DNA of 32,000 nt from Schaalia odontolytica (GCF_005696695.1 NZ_CP040006.1:1290001-1322000), one strand, 5' to 3'; shown: positions 1 through 9,384, counted from the stretch's first letter. Notes: a model not told the origin generated them from the letters alone. Numbers and translations: made by a program.

Positions 1-1253
1 CCTTCCAGGTCATCCGGGAGGTACTGCTGCGCGGCGACGTGGTGCGGCTGATCGTGCGCGTAGAGGTATCCGTCGCCATGCCCGAGAGACTTTGCACCGG
101 CATAGTGCGCGTCACGCAGATGCTCCGGTACCGCTCCCCCACGTCCGGCGCGCACGTCGGCGATCGCGCGGTCAATCGCTAGGTACGTCGCATTCGACTT
201 TGGGGCTGTCGCCACGGCGACAACCGCCTGGGCGAGAAGGAGACGCGCCTCGGGCATACCGATGAGAGCAACGCCCTGCGCGACACTCACACACATCGTG
301 AGAACCTCGGGAGCCGCCATCCCGATTTCCTCGGAAGCGGCGATCATGATGCGCCGCGCAATAAAGCGCGGGTCTTCCCCGGCCTCGATCATGCGGGCGA
401 GATAGTGCAGCGAGGCGTCCACATCGGACCCGCGCATCGACTTAATGAACGCGCTTGCTACGTCGTAATGCTGATCCTTGCTCCATCGAACCAGGGCTTG
501 GTTCGCCGCAGCCTCGACGCTCGCGACAGTGATCTCGCCAGAGCCGTCATCACTGGCAACACCTGCCGCCGCCTCGAGGAGAGTCAACGACTTGCGCGCA
601 TCCGAGCCCGCCAGACGCACGAGGCCGGCCACGGCCTCGTCCGTAATGGAGAAACGCTCCGCGAGACCCCGCTCATCGACCAGCGCACGCCGGATCAGCC
701 CCTCGATTGCATCCGCGTCCAGGGGACGCAACGTCAGCAGGAGCGAGCGTGAAAGCAGCGGCGAAATAACCGAAAAGGACGGATTCTCCGTCGTCGCCGC
801 GACGAGAACGACCCACCGATTCTCAACCGCCGGAAGCAGGGAATCCTGCTGCGACTTAGAAAAGCGATGCACCTCGTCGACGAACAGAATCGTCTCCTCT
901 CCCCCACTGGCGAGGGTTCGACGCGCATCATCCACGACCCGCCGAACGTCGCTCACACCGGAAGAAACGGCGGACAGCTCAATGAAACGTCGCCCCGACG
1001 CGCGCGCGATCAGATAGGCGAGGGTCGTCTTACCCGTGCCCGGCGACCCCCACAGCACCACTGAGGAAACCGCGACACCGTCACTCGAACCGGGCGACAG
1101 GAGGCGGCGGAGCGGCGCCCCCTCACCGAGCAAGTGAGACTGCCCAACCACCTCGTCGAGGGTCGTCGGACGCATACGAACGGCGAGGGGCGCGCCCGCG
1201 TTGAAAGCAGGCACGCCCGACTCGTCGACAGATTCAGAATCAAACAGATCCAT
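1..1253 (-). CDS. rarA: Replication-associated recombination protein A (RarA/MgsA AAA+ ATPase), 3' end beyond window
   Basis: Minus-strand frame open to the window edge, so it is absent from the ORF track. My translation from the ATG at 1253-1251 reads [13 protein letters not shown]...[17 protein letters not shown]...[19 protein letters not shown] (Walker A, about 1020-1060), [10 protein letters not shown] (Walker B), ATTENPSF and a C-terminal [24 protein letters not shown]. This is collinear with E. coli RarA as I remember it. Confidence 0.9.
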   Translation of the reverse strand, partial: MDLFDSESVDESGVPAFNAGAPLAVRMRPTTLDEVVGQSHLLGEGAPLRRLLSPGSSDGVAVSSVVLWGSPGTGKTTLAYLIARASGRRFIELSAVSSGVSDVRRVVDDARRTLASGGEETILFVDEVHRFSKSQQDSLLPAVENRWVVLVAATTENPSFSVISPLLSRSLLLTLRPLDADAIEGLIRRALVDERGLAERFSITDEAVAGLVRLAGSDARKSLTLLEAAAGVASDDGSGEITVASVEAAANQALVRWSKDQHYDVASAFIKSMRGSDVDASLHYLARMIEAGEDPRFIARRIMIAASEEIGMAAPEVLTMCVSVAQGVALIGMPEARLLLAQAVVAVATAPKSNATYLAIDRAIADVRAGRGGAVPEHLRDAHYAGAKSLGHGDGYLYAHDQPHHVAAQQYLPDDLE

Positions 1254-1263
1254 GAAACCTAGC

Positions 1264-2643
1264 TTAGGACAGAGTGACTCCACTCGAGGAAGAGCCGATC
1301 TTAGGACCAGAGAGAACCTGGACAACCACGAGGCCGCCGAGGATCAGCATGCAGGCACCGGCACCGAGCAGGTATCCGTTGAGTCCCTCGGACTCATCGC
1401 CAGCGAGCGAGGAGGACAGCATCTCCGCATGAAGCTTCACGGCGCCCGATGCGTCAACCGACGAACCATTCGCTGCTGCACCGACAGCGGAAGCAACCTT
1501 AAATTCGGCCCATCCGACGAGCTCGTGCGAGCGGTTTGCGACAACGACCTTGTACTCACCGGTCGGCAGACCCGTGAGGTCCATGGTGACCTTGTTGGAG
1601 TCCTCGACCTGCAGCCAGCGGGCCTCGCCAGTCTGCATGATGTTGGCGCTCACCCAGTCGCCGACGGCAGCCTTCTCCGACGGCACGTTGATCGTCAGCT
1701 GGCCGGCCGTGAAGGCTGCGCTGACACCACCCTTATTCGAGTCGTTGAGCTGGGACACGTCACTAATCGGCGAGACGGGGGTCTCAGACGGCTGCGAAGC
1801 GGTCGCAGATGCAGACGGAGTGGGCGTGGGGGACGCGCTCTCGGAAGGAGTCGGGATCGGGCGCACGGCCGGCAGCTGCGGGTCATCGGGCACCGGTGCG
1901 GGAGCGGCGGAAGGCTCCGTCGTGGGCTCAACGACCGGGTCCGGTGCGGGCACCGGAGCGGGATCAGCGGTCGGCTCGCTCGTCGGAGCGGGCTCGGGAT
2001 CCGTCGTGGGGGCAGGCTCGGCCGTCGGCTCGTCCGTGCGAGCGGGCGGAGCCGTCGGACCATCGGTAGGCGCAGCGGTCGGGTCCGCGGTGGGAGCGGG
2101 TGTCGGATCGTCGATATTGTCCGTGTACGGCGTGTAGATGCTCACCGTGCCATACATGGGGTTGGGCTCGACACCCGAAGTATCACTGCGGTAGAACACG
2201 ACGGTAATCCAGTGCGTCTCCCCCGGCAGCCACTTCACGCCCTCAACGTTGTTCGTGCCGTCTGGCACAGGCGCGTAGATATCCCATTCCTTCAACGACT
2301 GAGCAGCCCACAGATCGGGGTCCGAAGGCGTCACCGTCTCGCCATCGCGCTCGAAAGTCGGACGGGTGAGCGGGGTGACACCCCCATGATCGAGGATGAG
2401 TCCCCAGTGCCCGGTTTCGGCGAACTTGGCCGCGAAATCAGCATTGTTCGCGATATTGACCTTGATCTTGTCCCCCGCCCGAAGGGCGTAGTGCGGTATT
2501 GCGTCATCGGCGCGCGCGGCGAAACCGGGGATCGCGAGACCGATGCCCGCAAACAGGAACAACGCCATGAGCAGGCTCATGACCCGACTGCGACCGACGA
2601 AGCTCCGAGCGGCTATGGCAGACGATGCTCGTCCGTGCTGCAT
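1264..2643 (-). CDS. Uncharacterised secreted protein with a C-terminal membrane anchor and a Pro/Thr-rich linker
   Basis: 459-aa ORF. AAGGAG sits at 2650-2655 (minus), 6 nt upstream of the ATG at 2643. Signal peptide: positive n-region, hydrophobic [19 protein letters not shown], AxA-type site ARA/DD. Layout: about 130-aa N-terminal domain, PT-rich linker (aa 178-292), about 90-aa beta-rich domain, then [24 protein letters not shown] and a short tail. No LPXTG/LAXTG. Confidence 0.8.
   Translation of the reverse strand: MQHGRASSAIAARSFVGRSRVMSLLMALFLFAGIGLAIPGFAARADDAIPHYALRAGDKIKVNIANNADFAAKFAETGHWGLILDHGGVTPLTRPTFERDGETVTPSDPDLWAAQSLKEWDIYAPVPDGTNNVEGVKWLPGETHWITVVFYRSDTSGVEPNPMYGTVSIYTPYTDNIDDPTPAPTADPTAAPTDGPTAPPARTDEPTAEPAPTTDPEPAPTSEPTADPAPVPAPDPVVEPTTEPSAAPAPVPDDPQLPAVRPIPTPSESASPTPTPSASATASQPSETPVSPISDVSQLNDSNKGGVSAAFTAGQLTINVPSEKAAVGDWVSANIMQTGEARWLQVEDSNKVTMDLTGLPTGEYKVVVANRSHELVGWAEFKVASAVGAAANGSSVDASGAVKLHAEMLSSSLAGDESEGLNGYLLGAGACMLILGGLVVVQVLSGPKIGSSSSGVTLS
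1768..2112 (-). repeat. Degenerate Pro/Thr/Ala/Glu low-complexity coding repeat (linker of surface protein A)
   Basis: The translation has reiterated [15 protein letters not shown] units ([22 protein letters not shown]...[30 protein letters not shown]...). The repeat is imperfect at the DNA level. Confidence 0.6.
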
Positions 2644-2785
2644 ACCGTTCTCCTTAGTGACTTAATCCGCAGAAACTATTGTATCGGATCAAGAGTAACA
2701 GGCGTAACGCGCAAATGCTAAATCCCAACACACACCATGTGGTTAATGCACAAATTCCCAGTGCATTGCCGCAGGTGTGCGACCT

Positions 2786-3910
2786 TTAGCGCAGCAGTCC
2801 GTGCGAGCGGCGAACAATGCTGACCGTCACGATCGCTCCGAGAAGGGCGAGGAGACCGCCACCTGCGAGGATCCAACCGTTAAGGCGAGACTCCTGCTCG
2901 CGAACAGCCTGGTTCGTGGCCTGCTGCTCCGAATGAGCCTTGGGGCCGATCTGCGACGCAGACACGCTCTCCTGCTCCGCGGACGGAGAGGGGGACGGGG
3001 CGTCAGCGTTCGAACCTGCGTCACCGCTAGCACTCGAAGAAGATCCGTTGCCGCCGGAGGAAGCCGCAGACGAGGCCGAGGCGGAGGGCGTCGGCATCAC
3101 CGACGAGCGCGAGGTATCCGATGCATCTGCTGAGGGGGTCGCGCGAGGGGACGGCGATGCAGCCACAGTCGAGGGGGCGCTGGCCAACGCGTCGCTTGCC
3201 GCATCCGTAGAAGCATCATCGGTCATATCAACATCGGGCTTCGCAGCATTATCTGCCGCATTGTCCGAGGGAGACTCCGTCGGTCCGTCAGTGACCACAT
3301 CAGAGGGCGCATGACCATCAGGCTCAGTCGACGGCTCATCCGCGGGCTCGCGAGAAGGTTCGTCCGTCGGCGTCAGAGAGCACACATGTGCCTGCGCAGT
3401 GGCCTCAATGACCGTCACAGACACCTGCACGTAGGTGCCGGTCACGCCGTCGCCGATCATGATCGAGTGCTCGGACCCAACCGCCCACGTCGACGGCAGC
3501 TCAATGTCGGCACTAAATGCGCCGGCGGTCGACACTTCGGCGACGCTCCACGCAGCCTTATTACGAGCAACAGCCGCGGGAACCCAGGCGGGAAGAGTGA
3601 CGCCGTCGGGGCGAACTTCCTGCCCATCGTCGAGCGTGACGATGACAAAGCCGCGAGATGTCTCAGAACTAGCGCCCCAGCCAGACCCCTCCACATGAAG
3701 CGGAGATCCAACAGGAATGACCGACGAAACGACGATGGATGCACCCTCATCAGCAGCGGTGAGACACTGTCCGCCCACGCCGACAACTCCGTCAACACTG
3801 TATGCGGGCTGCGCAGCGACAAACACTCCACCAACAATGGAAGCAGACGCGGTCAGAGCCAGTAGAGGCATGCGCAGTCCCCTACCGTGCGATCGCATCT
3901 GTGTCGTCAT
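2786..3910 (-). CDS. Uncharacterised secreted protein with a C-terminal membrane anchor and a Ser/Ala/Asp-rich linker
   Basis: 374-aa ORF. AAAGGA lies 5 nt upstream of the ATG at 3910. Signal peptide MTTQMRSHGRGLRMPLLALTASASIVGGVFVAAQPAYS. An about 135-aa domain is bracketed by two Cys (GGQC...AHVC). Long S/A/D/P low-complexity region (aa 180-320). C-terminus is RLNGWILAGGGLLALLGAIVTVSIV plus the basic tail RRSHGLLR. No LPXTG. Confidence 0.8.
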   Translation of the reverse strand: MTTQMRSHGRGLRMPLLALTASASIVGGVFVAAQPAYSVDGVVGVGGQCLTAADEGASIVVSSVIPVGSPLHVEGSGWGASSETSRGFVIVTLDDGQEVRPDGVTLPAWVPAAVARNKAAWSVAEVSTAGAFSADIELPSTWAVGSEHSIMIGDGVTGTYVQVSVTVIEATAQAHVCSLTPTDEPSREPADEPSTEPDGHAPSDVVTDGPTESPSDNAADNAAKPDVDMTDDASTDAASDALASAPSTVAASPSPRATPSADASDTSRSSVMPTPSASASSAASSGGNGSSSSASGDAGSNADAPSPSPSAEQESVSASQIGPKAHSEQQATNQAVREQESRLNGWILAGGGLLALLGAIVTVSIVRRSHGLLR

Positions 3911-4011
3911 CTGTGTCCTTTTCTATCTCGACGGGATATCGCGCGCTAATTGGCTTCACCAGGCCCAGAATCAATATGTCAGTGTCCGAGTAACCACTAG
4001 CTACAGACACC

Positions 4012-4039
4012 ATACTATTGCCTGATGACTGTTCCGCAA
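4012..4039 (-). promoter_or_regulatory. Putative sigma-70-type promoter for surface protein B (-35 TTGCGG, 16-nt spacer, -10 TAGTAT)
   Basis: Read on the minus strand inside the AT-rich 291-bp intergenic region. The -10 TAGTAT is at 4012-4017 and the -35 TTGCGG at 4034-4039, which overlaps the perfect palindrome CGCAATTGCG (4035-4044). Motif inspection only. Confidence 0.25.
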
Positions 4040-4201
4040 TTGCGAACAACAAGCAAATTACCGGAACATGCAGTCAAAACACGTTTTTATCAGGAAATAT
4101 CGGCCTTCTAGCAACCTGTTGTGACTTATATTATCCAACAATCATGGGCCTGCGTGACCCGCCGGTCAACATTTGAGATATTGGGGATCACAACACACTG
4201 G

Positions 4202-4996
4202 TCATCGAGTCGGAATCACCAGTGGCGATCCCGTCTCAGGGTCATCGATGATCCTGCACGGCACACTGAAAACGCGTTCAATAAGATCTGCCGTCACAAC
4301 GTCGCGCGGCGCACCCTGGGCCACGATCTCACCGTCCTTCATGAACACGAGGTGCGTCGCGTAGCGGAATGCCAGATGCAGGTCATGCAGGACGGCAACG
4401 ACCGTCACGCCATCCCTATGGAGGCGCTGCGCCAAACGCAGGACTTCCAGCTGGTGATTGAGGTCGAGATACGTCGTTGGCTCATCAAGGAGCAGAATAT
4501 CCGTCGCCTGGGCAAGAGACATCGCGATCCACACGCGCTGACGCTGTCCACCCGACAGCTCGCCGACGCGTCGCCCCACCAGGTCGGCGACCCCAGCGTC
4601 CTTCATCGCGCGAGCCACCGCCTCGTCGTCCTCAGTGCTCCACTGATGGAGCACCGACTGATAGGGATAGCGGCCACGAGCAACCAAATCCTCGACAAAC
4701 ATGTCGCCCGGAGCAACCGACGACTGAGCAAGCAAACCCAATCGACGCGCAAGAGCCTTCTGATTCATGTCGGCAACGCTTCGTCCATCCAGCGCAACCG
4801 CACCGCGTCGCAGGCCGAGCACGCGGGCCAGCGAACGCAGGAGCGTCGACTTTCCGCAGGCGTTCGGGCCAACGATGACGGTCAGTTCGCCTGGCAGGAC
4901 ATCCAGAGAAAGTCCTTCGAGGATCGGGGCATTTTTTCCATAGCCGACAACAATGTCCCGAGCACTCAGCCCACTGCACACAGCGTTCTCACTCAC
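4202..4996 (-). CDS. Iron-siderophore ABC transporter ATP-binding protein (FepC/FecE-like)
   Basis: 264 aa. Walker A GPNACGKSTLLRSLA, ABC signature LSGGQRQRVWIAMSLAQ, Walker B LLLDEPTTYLD, H-loop VLHDL. The GTG start overlaps the upstream permease stop (GTGA). Confidence 0.92.
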   Translation of the reverse strand: MSENAVCSGLSARDIVVGYGKNAPILEGLSLDVLPGELTVIVGPNACGKSTLLRSLARVLGLRRGAVALDGRSVADMNQKALARRLGLLAQSSVAPGDMFVEDLVARGRYPYQSVLHQWSTEDDEAVARAMKDAGVADLVGRRVGELSGGQRQRVWIAMSLAQATDILLLDEPTTYLDLNHQLEVLRLAQRLHRDGVTVVAVLHDLHLAFRYATHLVFMKDGEIVAQGAPRDVVTADLIERVFSVPCRIIDDPETGSPLVIPTR

Positions 4997-6042
4997 GATC
5001 TCACCTCACGAATCAACAACCAGAGAAGGTAGACGCCTCCAACAACGCCCGTCACGACGCCAACGGGAAGCTCGGCCGGAGCGACGAGCCTCTGTGCGCA
5101 CACGTCTGAGACCAGCACAAGTAGAGCACCAACGAGGGCGGACGATGTAAATCCGACTCCCCCGCCGCCACACAGCCGGTGCGCGACATGAGGAGCGGCG
5201 AGAGCAACAAAAGCAACAGGCCCCGCCACCGATGTTGCGGATGCGACGAGTAGGATCGCGACGACGATAAGGAGCATACGGGTGCGACGTACTCGCACGC
5301 CAAGCCCCGTCGCAACGTCGTCGCCCATCGCGACGAGACCGAGGGGCACCGCGAAGACGGCGCACACCACAACGACAGCACCGATCACGATCAGCAAAGG
5401 CATCAGACGCGTGATAGTGACGCCGGAGAATGAGCCGGCACTCCAGAGCTGGGCACGCTGCGCTGCTTCCAGCGGAGCCTTGACGATCAGCAGCGAATTG
5501 ACAGCACGCAACGCCGCCGAGCAGCCAATGCCGACGAGCACGACGCGAATACCCGTGACTCGCATACCACCCGCGCATGCGAGAATGACCGCACCCGAAA
5601 CGAGTCCGCCGAGCAACGCCCCCACCCCAGTGACCGTGGGGCTCGAGCCCAGGATGATGATCGCAATCAGGGCGCCGGTCGCGCACCCCGTCGACAGACC
5701 GACGATGTCAGGGCTACCGAGCGGGTTGCCCGAAATCGTCTGGAAGATACGCCCGGCGATTCCAAGCGCTGCGCCGACAGCAATCGCTGCGAGCATGCGC
5801 GGCAGGCGCACCGACTGTACGAAGTAGACACCCAGGAAATCGTCCCGGGGCCCGCCGTCTCCCAGAAGACGACGGAACGAGTCACCGGCACTGAGTCCGT
5901 AGTCCCCCAGAGTCAAAGAATAAACGGCTAACGTGGCGAGGAGAATAAATCCGATGAGCACGACGGCGGCGCTGCGCCGGTGCACGCGCACCGACAAACG
6001 GCGCAGCGAAACGGTCTTGTAGCGCGAGGGAGCTGGCGTCAT
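4993..6042 (-). CDS. FecCD-family iron-siderophore ABC permease (FepG-like)
   Basis: 349 aa, polytopic and hydrophobic, with typical FecCD features (LRLPRMLAAIAVGAALGIAG, multiple Gly/Ala/Val-rich TM segments). ATGA overlaps on both sides. Confidence 0.9.
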   Translation of the reverse strand: MTPAPSRYKTVSLRRLSVRVHRRSAAVVLIGFILLATLAVYSLTLGDYGLSAGDSFRRLLGDGGPRDDFLGVYFVQSVRLPRMLAAIAVGAALGIAGRIFQTISGNPLGSPDIVGLSTGCATGALIAIIILGSSPTVTGVGALLGGLVSGAVILACAGGMRVTGIRVVLVGIGCSAALRAVNSLLIVKAPLEAAQRAQLWSAGSFSGVTITRLMPLLIVIGAVVVVCAVFAVPLGLVAMGDDVATGLGVRVRRTRMLLIVVAILLVASATSVAGPVAFVALAAPHVAHRLCGGGGVGFTSSALVGALLVLVSDVCAQRLVAPAELPVGVVTGVVGGVYLLWLLIREVRS

Positions 6043-7034
6043 GACATGCCCTTTCCGCGCGCGCCCAGGATGAAGAACGGAGCACCAATCAGAGCGACGA
6101 TGACACCCACGGGAACCTCGGACGGGGCGAGCACGAGGCGTGAGACGACATCAGCACCGCACACCCAAGCGGCTCCGACCACGATAGACCAGAGGGCAAT
6201 GGCGCCCTGTCGGGCTCCGACAACACGCCGCACCATGAGCGGCACCGCGAGGCCGACGAACGTGAGGGGCCCACCCAGAGCAGTCGCTCCCCCAGCCAGT
6301 GCCGTCACTGCGACAACCCCGAGCACACGGATGAGTCGCACACGCACTCCGAGGCTTACCGCGGCGTCGTCGCCGAGTGCAAGGACACCCAGTGCCGATG
6401 TAATGAGAAGCGCAACCACTGCGCCGACGGCGATCACTGCACCCGCGCTCGCCACCGAGGCCATGTCAACGCCTTCCAATGATCCCGATGCCCAGTATCG
6501 GAATTCGTTGAACGCAAACTGGTTCGCGGCGAGAACAGCCTGAGTGAGTGATGCAAGAGCGGCCGATACAGCAATGCCTGCCAGAGCAAGGCGCGATCGG
6601 GATCCTCCCCCGCTACCGGAAATAGCGAAGACGAGACCGGCGGCCACCCCCGCGCCGACGAGCGAAGCGCCGAGCGTCGCCGCGCGGGTGGCGACGCCAC
6701 TCGCAGCCGTCACCGTTACAACAAGGAAAGCAGCACCGGCATTGATGCCGAGTACCCCAGGATCGGCGAGAGGATTTCGCGTCATCGCCTGCATGATGGA
6801 ACCTGCCAGCCCCAGCGCCCCGCCGATCACGAGCGCGGCGACGGTGCGAGGAACACGCAGTTGCGTGACCACCTGTGCGTCCTGGCTGGCTCCGCCGTTC
6901 ACGAGCGCATCCCACACCACGTCGGGAGCAATCTGGCGCGACCCCAGAGCAAGGGACGCGAGGGTGACGAGGACAAGCGCCAGCGTCGCCACTGCGCAGG
7001 CAATGGCGACGCTGGTGATGCGACGTGTCGTCAT
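6039..7034 (-). CDS. FecCD-family iron-siderophore ABC permease (FepD-like)
   Basis: 331 aa. QLRVPRTVAALVIGGALGLAGSIMQAMTRNPLADPGVLGINAGA is the characteristic FecCD N-terminal block. ATGA overlap with the downstream permease. Confidence 0.9.
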   Translation of the reverse strand: MTTRRITSVAIACAVATLALVLVTLASLALGSRQIAPDVVWDALVNGGASQDAQVVTQLRVPRTVAALVIGGALGLAGSIMQAMTRNPLADPGVLGINAGAAFLVVTVTAASGVATRAATLGASLVGAGVAAGLVFAISGSGGGSRSRLALAGIAVSAALASLTQAVLAANQFAFNEFRYWASGSLEGVDMASVASAGAVIAVGAVVALLITSALGVLALGDDAAVSLGVRVRLIRVLGVVAVTALAGGATALGGPLTFVGLAVPLMVRRVVGARQGAIALWSIVVGAAWVCGADVVSRLVLAPSEVPVGVIVALIGAPFFILGARGKGMS

Positions 7035-7070
7035 GTTAGGTCATCGACCCGGTGTGTTTGTCCATCGACC

Positions 7071-8108
7071 TCAGGAGGCCGGGACAAACTGGGCCTCGAT
7101 ACTCGAGATGATACCGTCCATGAGGAGGTAACCACCGGTGGAGGTCCAGAGGGACCCGTCGACGGGAATGACGTGGTTCGCCTGGACGGCGCCGAGGGAG
7201 TCGAAACCGACGGTGTTCTTCGCCTCTTCGAGGGCAGCGGCCGAGGCCTCGACGCCCGTGTTACCACCGGCGGAGGGGTTATTCACCGAGGCCTTGCCCA
7301 GCGTGCCGAAGAAGATCCAGTCGGCGTCGATCTGATCGATGTTTTCCAGCGAGACGGGTTCGGAGTGGCCCTCGCCGTCACGATCCTGGTTCGCGGGACG
7401 CTTCATGCCGAGCGCGGTGAGAGCCTGTCCGGCGGGCAGCTCCTTGAGGATGAGGCCGGCGCTATCGCCCTGCCAACGCACAACCGAGTAGGTCTGATCG
7501 AGGTAGCCGGCGTCCTTCAGGCGGGCGCTGACGGAGGCAACGTGCTTGTCGAATTCCGCGAGCTTGGTCTCAGCCTGGTCGGCAAGGCCGAGCGCGTCGG
7601 CCGTCAGGGTGAAAGTCTCGCGCCAGTCGCCGCCCTTTTGCGTGGTGAAGAAGACGGGCGCGATCTGACTCAGCGCGTTCAGCGTTTCAGTATCGTTGTT
7701 CTTCACCGACGTGCCGTCAACGAGAATCAGGTCAGGGTGCGCCGCACCGATGGCCTCGAGGTTGGGAGTACCGATGGAGCCCAGAATCGGGATGTCACCC
7801 GCACGATCGACAAGGTAGTTGGCAACCGTCTGCTGGCCACGGCCCGAGACGACACCAATCGGGGTCACACCCAGAGCGAGCGCGTTGTCGGTCGTCGGTT
7901 CAGAGAGCGTGACAACACGGCTGGGGTGCGACGGCAGGGTAACCTCCTGGCCGGACGCGTCGGTGACGGTGCGCGTCGCAGAGCTCTCGGACATCGCGGA
8001 GGCCTCGGGGGACGAGGCCGGAGCGGGCTGGTTGGACGAGCAAGCTCCCAGAGCGAGAGCGGTCAGAGCGACGCCAACGATGGCGCGAATTCGCGTCGAC
8101 AGGTGCAC
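7071..8108 (-). CDS. Iron-siderophore ABC transporter substrate-binding lipoprotein
   Basis: 345 aa. Lipoprotein signal with lipobox LALGAC. Class III periplasmic-binding-protein layout (VVTLSEPTTDNALALGVTPIGV, PNLEAIGAAHPDLILV). GTG start at 8108. Confidence 0.9.
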   Translation of the reverse strand: MHLSTRIRAIVGVALTALALGACSSNQPAPASSPEASAMSESSATRTVTDASGQEVTLPSHPSRVVTLSEPTTDNALALGVTPIGVVSGRGQQTVANYLVDRAGDIPILGSIGTPNLEAIGAAHPDLILVDGTSVKNNDTETLNALSQIAPVFFTTQKGGDWRETFTLTADALGLADQAETKLAEFDKHVASVSARLKDAGYLDQTYSVVRWQGDSAGLILKELPAGQALTALGMKRPANQDRDGEGHSEPVSLENIDQIDADWIFFGTLGKASVNNPSAGGNTGVEASAAALEEAKNTVGFDSLGAVQANHVIPVDGSLWTSTGGYLLMDGIISSIEAQFVPAS

Positions 8109-8141
8109 AGGTGTCTCAATTCAGTCGATCTTATCAGGTGC

Positions 8142-8160
8142 ATAGGTAAGCCTAACCTAT
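8142..8160. promoter_or_regulatory. DtxR/IdeR-type iron box (operator) upstream of the siderophore ABC operon
   Basis: ATAGGTAAGCCTAACCTAT matches the 19-bp DtxR consensus TTAGGTTAGCCTAACCTAA at 16/19 positions, and 8 of 9 half-site pairs are palindromic. It lies 34 nt upstream of the binding-protein GTG. On the minus strand it overlaps a plausible -35 (TTAGGC), 16 nt upstream of a -10 TAAGAT (8128-8133). Confidence 0.7.
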
Positions 8161-8195
8161 AGACCGCACATTGACCTGGGCTGTCTCACTGCTGG

Positions 8196-9380
8196 TCAGC
8201 ATGTGAGAGGGTCCCATTCATCAAGGGCGCGGACGAGGCCTTCGCGCCACCATGCCACATCATGCCCACTGCAATAATGGTCGAGCTCCACGGCTGTGCC
8301 CTGACTCCGCAGGAGCTCGACGCAGTCGTCCACCACCGGACGCATCGTCTCTTCCAGCGTGCCCACCTGCAGCCGTAGCCGCACATTCCGGCGCGGCTCC
8401 ACCGACCCCGCACGCAGGTCACCCATCAACATTCCTTCACCAATGCCTCGTCGCGCGCCTCCCCACCACAGTGACGGAGACTGGGCGACCGCACAATCGA
8501 GGGGAAGATCACTGCGTAGCGCCGCTTCCAACACAGCCAGACCGCCGTAGGACTGGCCTGCGACCATTACGGGCCCCGCACCCGCCTCATCACACACTGC
8601 CTGCAGTAGAGCACCGACGCGATCCGCATCGGTCAACTCCGCCTCGCGCTCGTCCAGATCTCCCGCGTCGATCGTCACGACGCGCAGGCCGGGATAACGC
8701 CGAGTCAACCAGCCGACGCCGTTACCCCGCCAAATCTCGCCATCGAAGAGGATGAGCGTGCACGTCGGATCCGCCTCGCCGTCATACATGACGATCCGCC
8801 GCTGCCGTGTGTGCCCCAGCCGGGCACTGATACGCGTACCAATCTCATGTTCTCGCGGAGCACGCATCCAAGGCGCTGACAGGTCCTCCGACGGCCACAC
8901 CACCCGCGCATCGGGCCCAACGAAGAGTGAGGCGGCAGCGCCTCGCCCGTTCACGACTCTCAGGGGATTCGATTCATCCGGGGATGCTTCCTCAAGGAAT
9001 CGTATCCACTCCCCCATGTCCCTGAGCACCGCGGGGTCGAGGCCCGACGGACCGACGATCACCTTCTGGTAGCTGAGGATCGCATCCGCGGGAAGCGCGC
9101 ACACGAGCGCCCGAGCATCCCCGTGCCCGGACCCCACCGACATGCGAAAGTCGTCGAGATGCTCGCGCGCCCGATCCGTAATCGTGTTGAGGATGACGTA
9201 GCAATCAGCCGCAGCCTGGGCACCCCACTGGAAGGTCACGCGTACGGCGTCGACCCCATCGACGACGAGCCGAGGTCCGACGATCGGAAGCCCGTCGGCG
9301 TAACGATAGATGCCGTCCGACGCCTCCCAGCGCAGCCGGCAAAAACCGGTGCGCGAAAAAGACGCCTGCTCGAATGCCAC
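8196..9380 (-). CDS. Enterochelin (catecholate siderophore) esterase-like alpha/beta hydrolase, Fes family
   Basis: Nucleophile elbow GQSYGG. The C-terminal block YCSGHDVAWWREGLVRALDEW parallels E. coli Fes GGHDALCWRGGLMQGLIDLW. LILFDGEIW parallels Fes LLDGEFW. The track ORF runs to 9524, but that extension overlaps yciO. I place the start at the GTG at 9380, 4 nt after the yciO stop. Confidence 0.8.
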   Translation of the reverse strand: MAFEQASFSRTGFCRLRWEASDGIYRYADGLPIVGPRLVVDGVDAVRVTFQWGAQAAADCYVILNTITDRAREHLDDFRMSVGSGHGDARALVCALPADAILSYQKVIVGPSGLDPAVLRDMGEWIRFLEEASPDESNPLRVVNGRGAAASLFVGPDARVVWPSEDLSAPWMRAPREHEIGTRISARLGHTRQRRIVMYDGEADPTCTLILFDGEIWRGNGVGWLTRRYPGLRVVTIDAGDLDEREAELTDADRVGALLQAVCDEAGAGPVMVAGQSYGGLAVLEAALRSDLPLDCAVAQSPSLWWGGARRGIGEGMLMGDLRAGSVEPRRNVRLRLQVGTLEETMRPVVDDCVELLRSQGTAVELDHYCSGHDVAWWREGLVRALDEWDPLTC

Positions 9381-9384
9381 GCGA

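Noticed and set aside
1201-2721. Long + strand ORFs antisense to real genes (for example 1201..2721, 6861..8162, 15767..16966, 17304..19070, 22960..24477, 25545..26942, 26860..28587)
   Set aside because: All lie opposite well-supported minus-strand genes. Their translations are Arg/Gly/His-rich with no recognisable domains. This is the usual GC3-driven open-frame artefact.
2951-3373. Low-complexity S/A/D/P and PT coding regions (also 1768..2112) as CRISPR-like or satellite repeats
   Set aside because: The repeats are degenerate, in-frame and lack unique spacers. They are protein linker sequence.
1264-3910. Surface proteins as HtaA/Cht-type haem receptors
   Set aside because: I see no HtaA conserved-region pattern. 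The neighbouring importer has two FecCD permeases plus a Fes esterase, which points to siderophore rather than haem uptake. Only the general architecture is similar.
7036-7054. TTAGGT half-site between the binding-protein and permease genes as a second DtxR box
   Set aside because: Only the left hexamer matches, the right half is unrelated, and the location is intra-operonic.
1264-9380. Surface-protein plus iron-uptake block as a mobile genomic island
   Set aside because: No integrase, transposase, tRNA or flanking direct repeats are visible. Only the 3911-4201 spacer is compositionally deviant. I treat the block as variable chromosomal content, not a mobile element.
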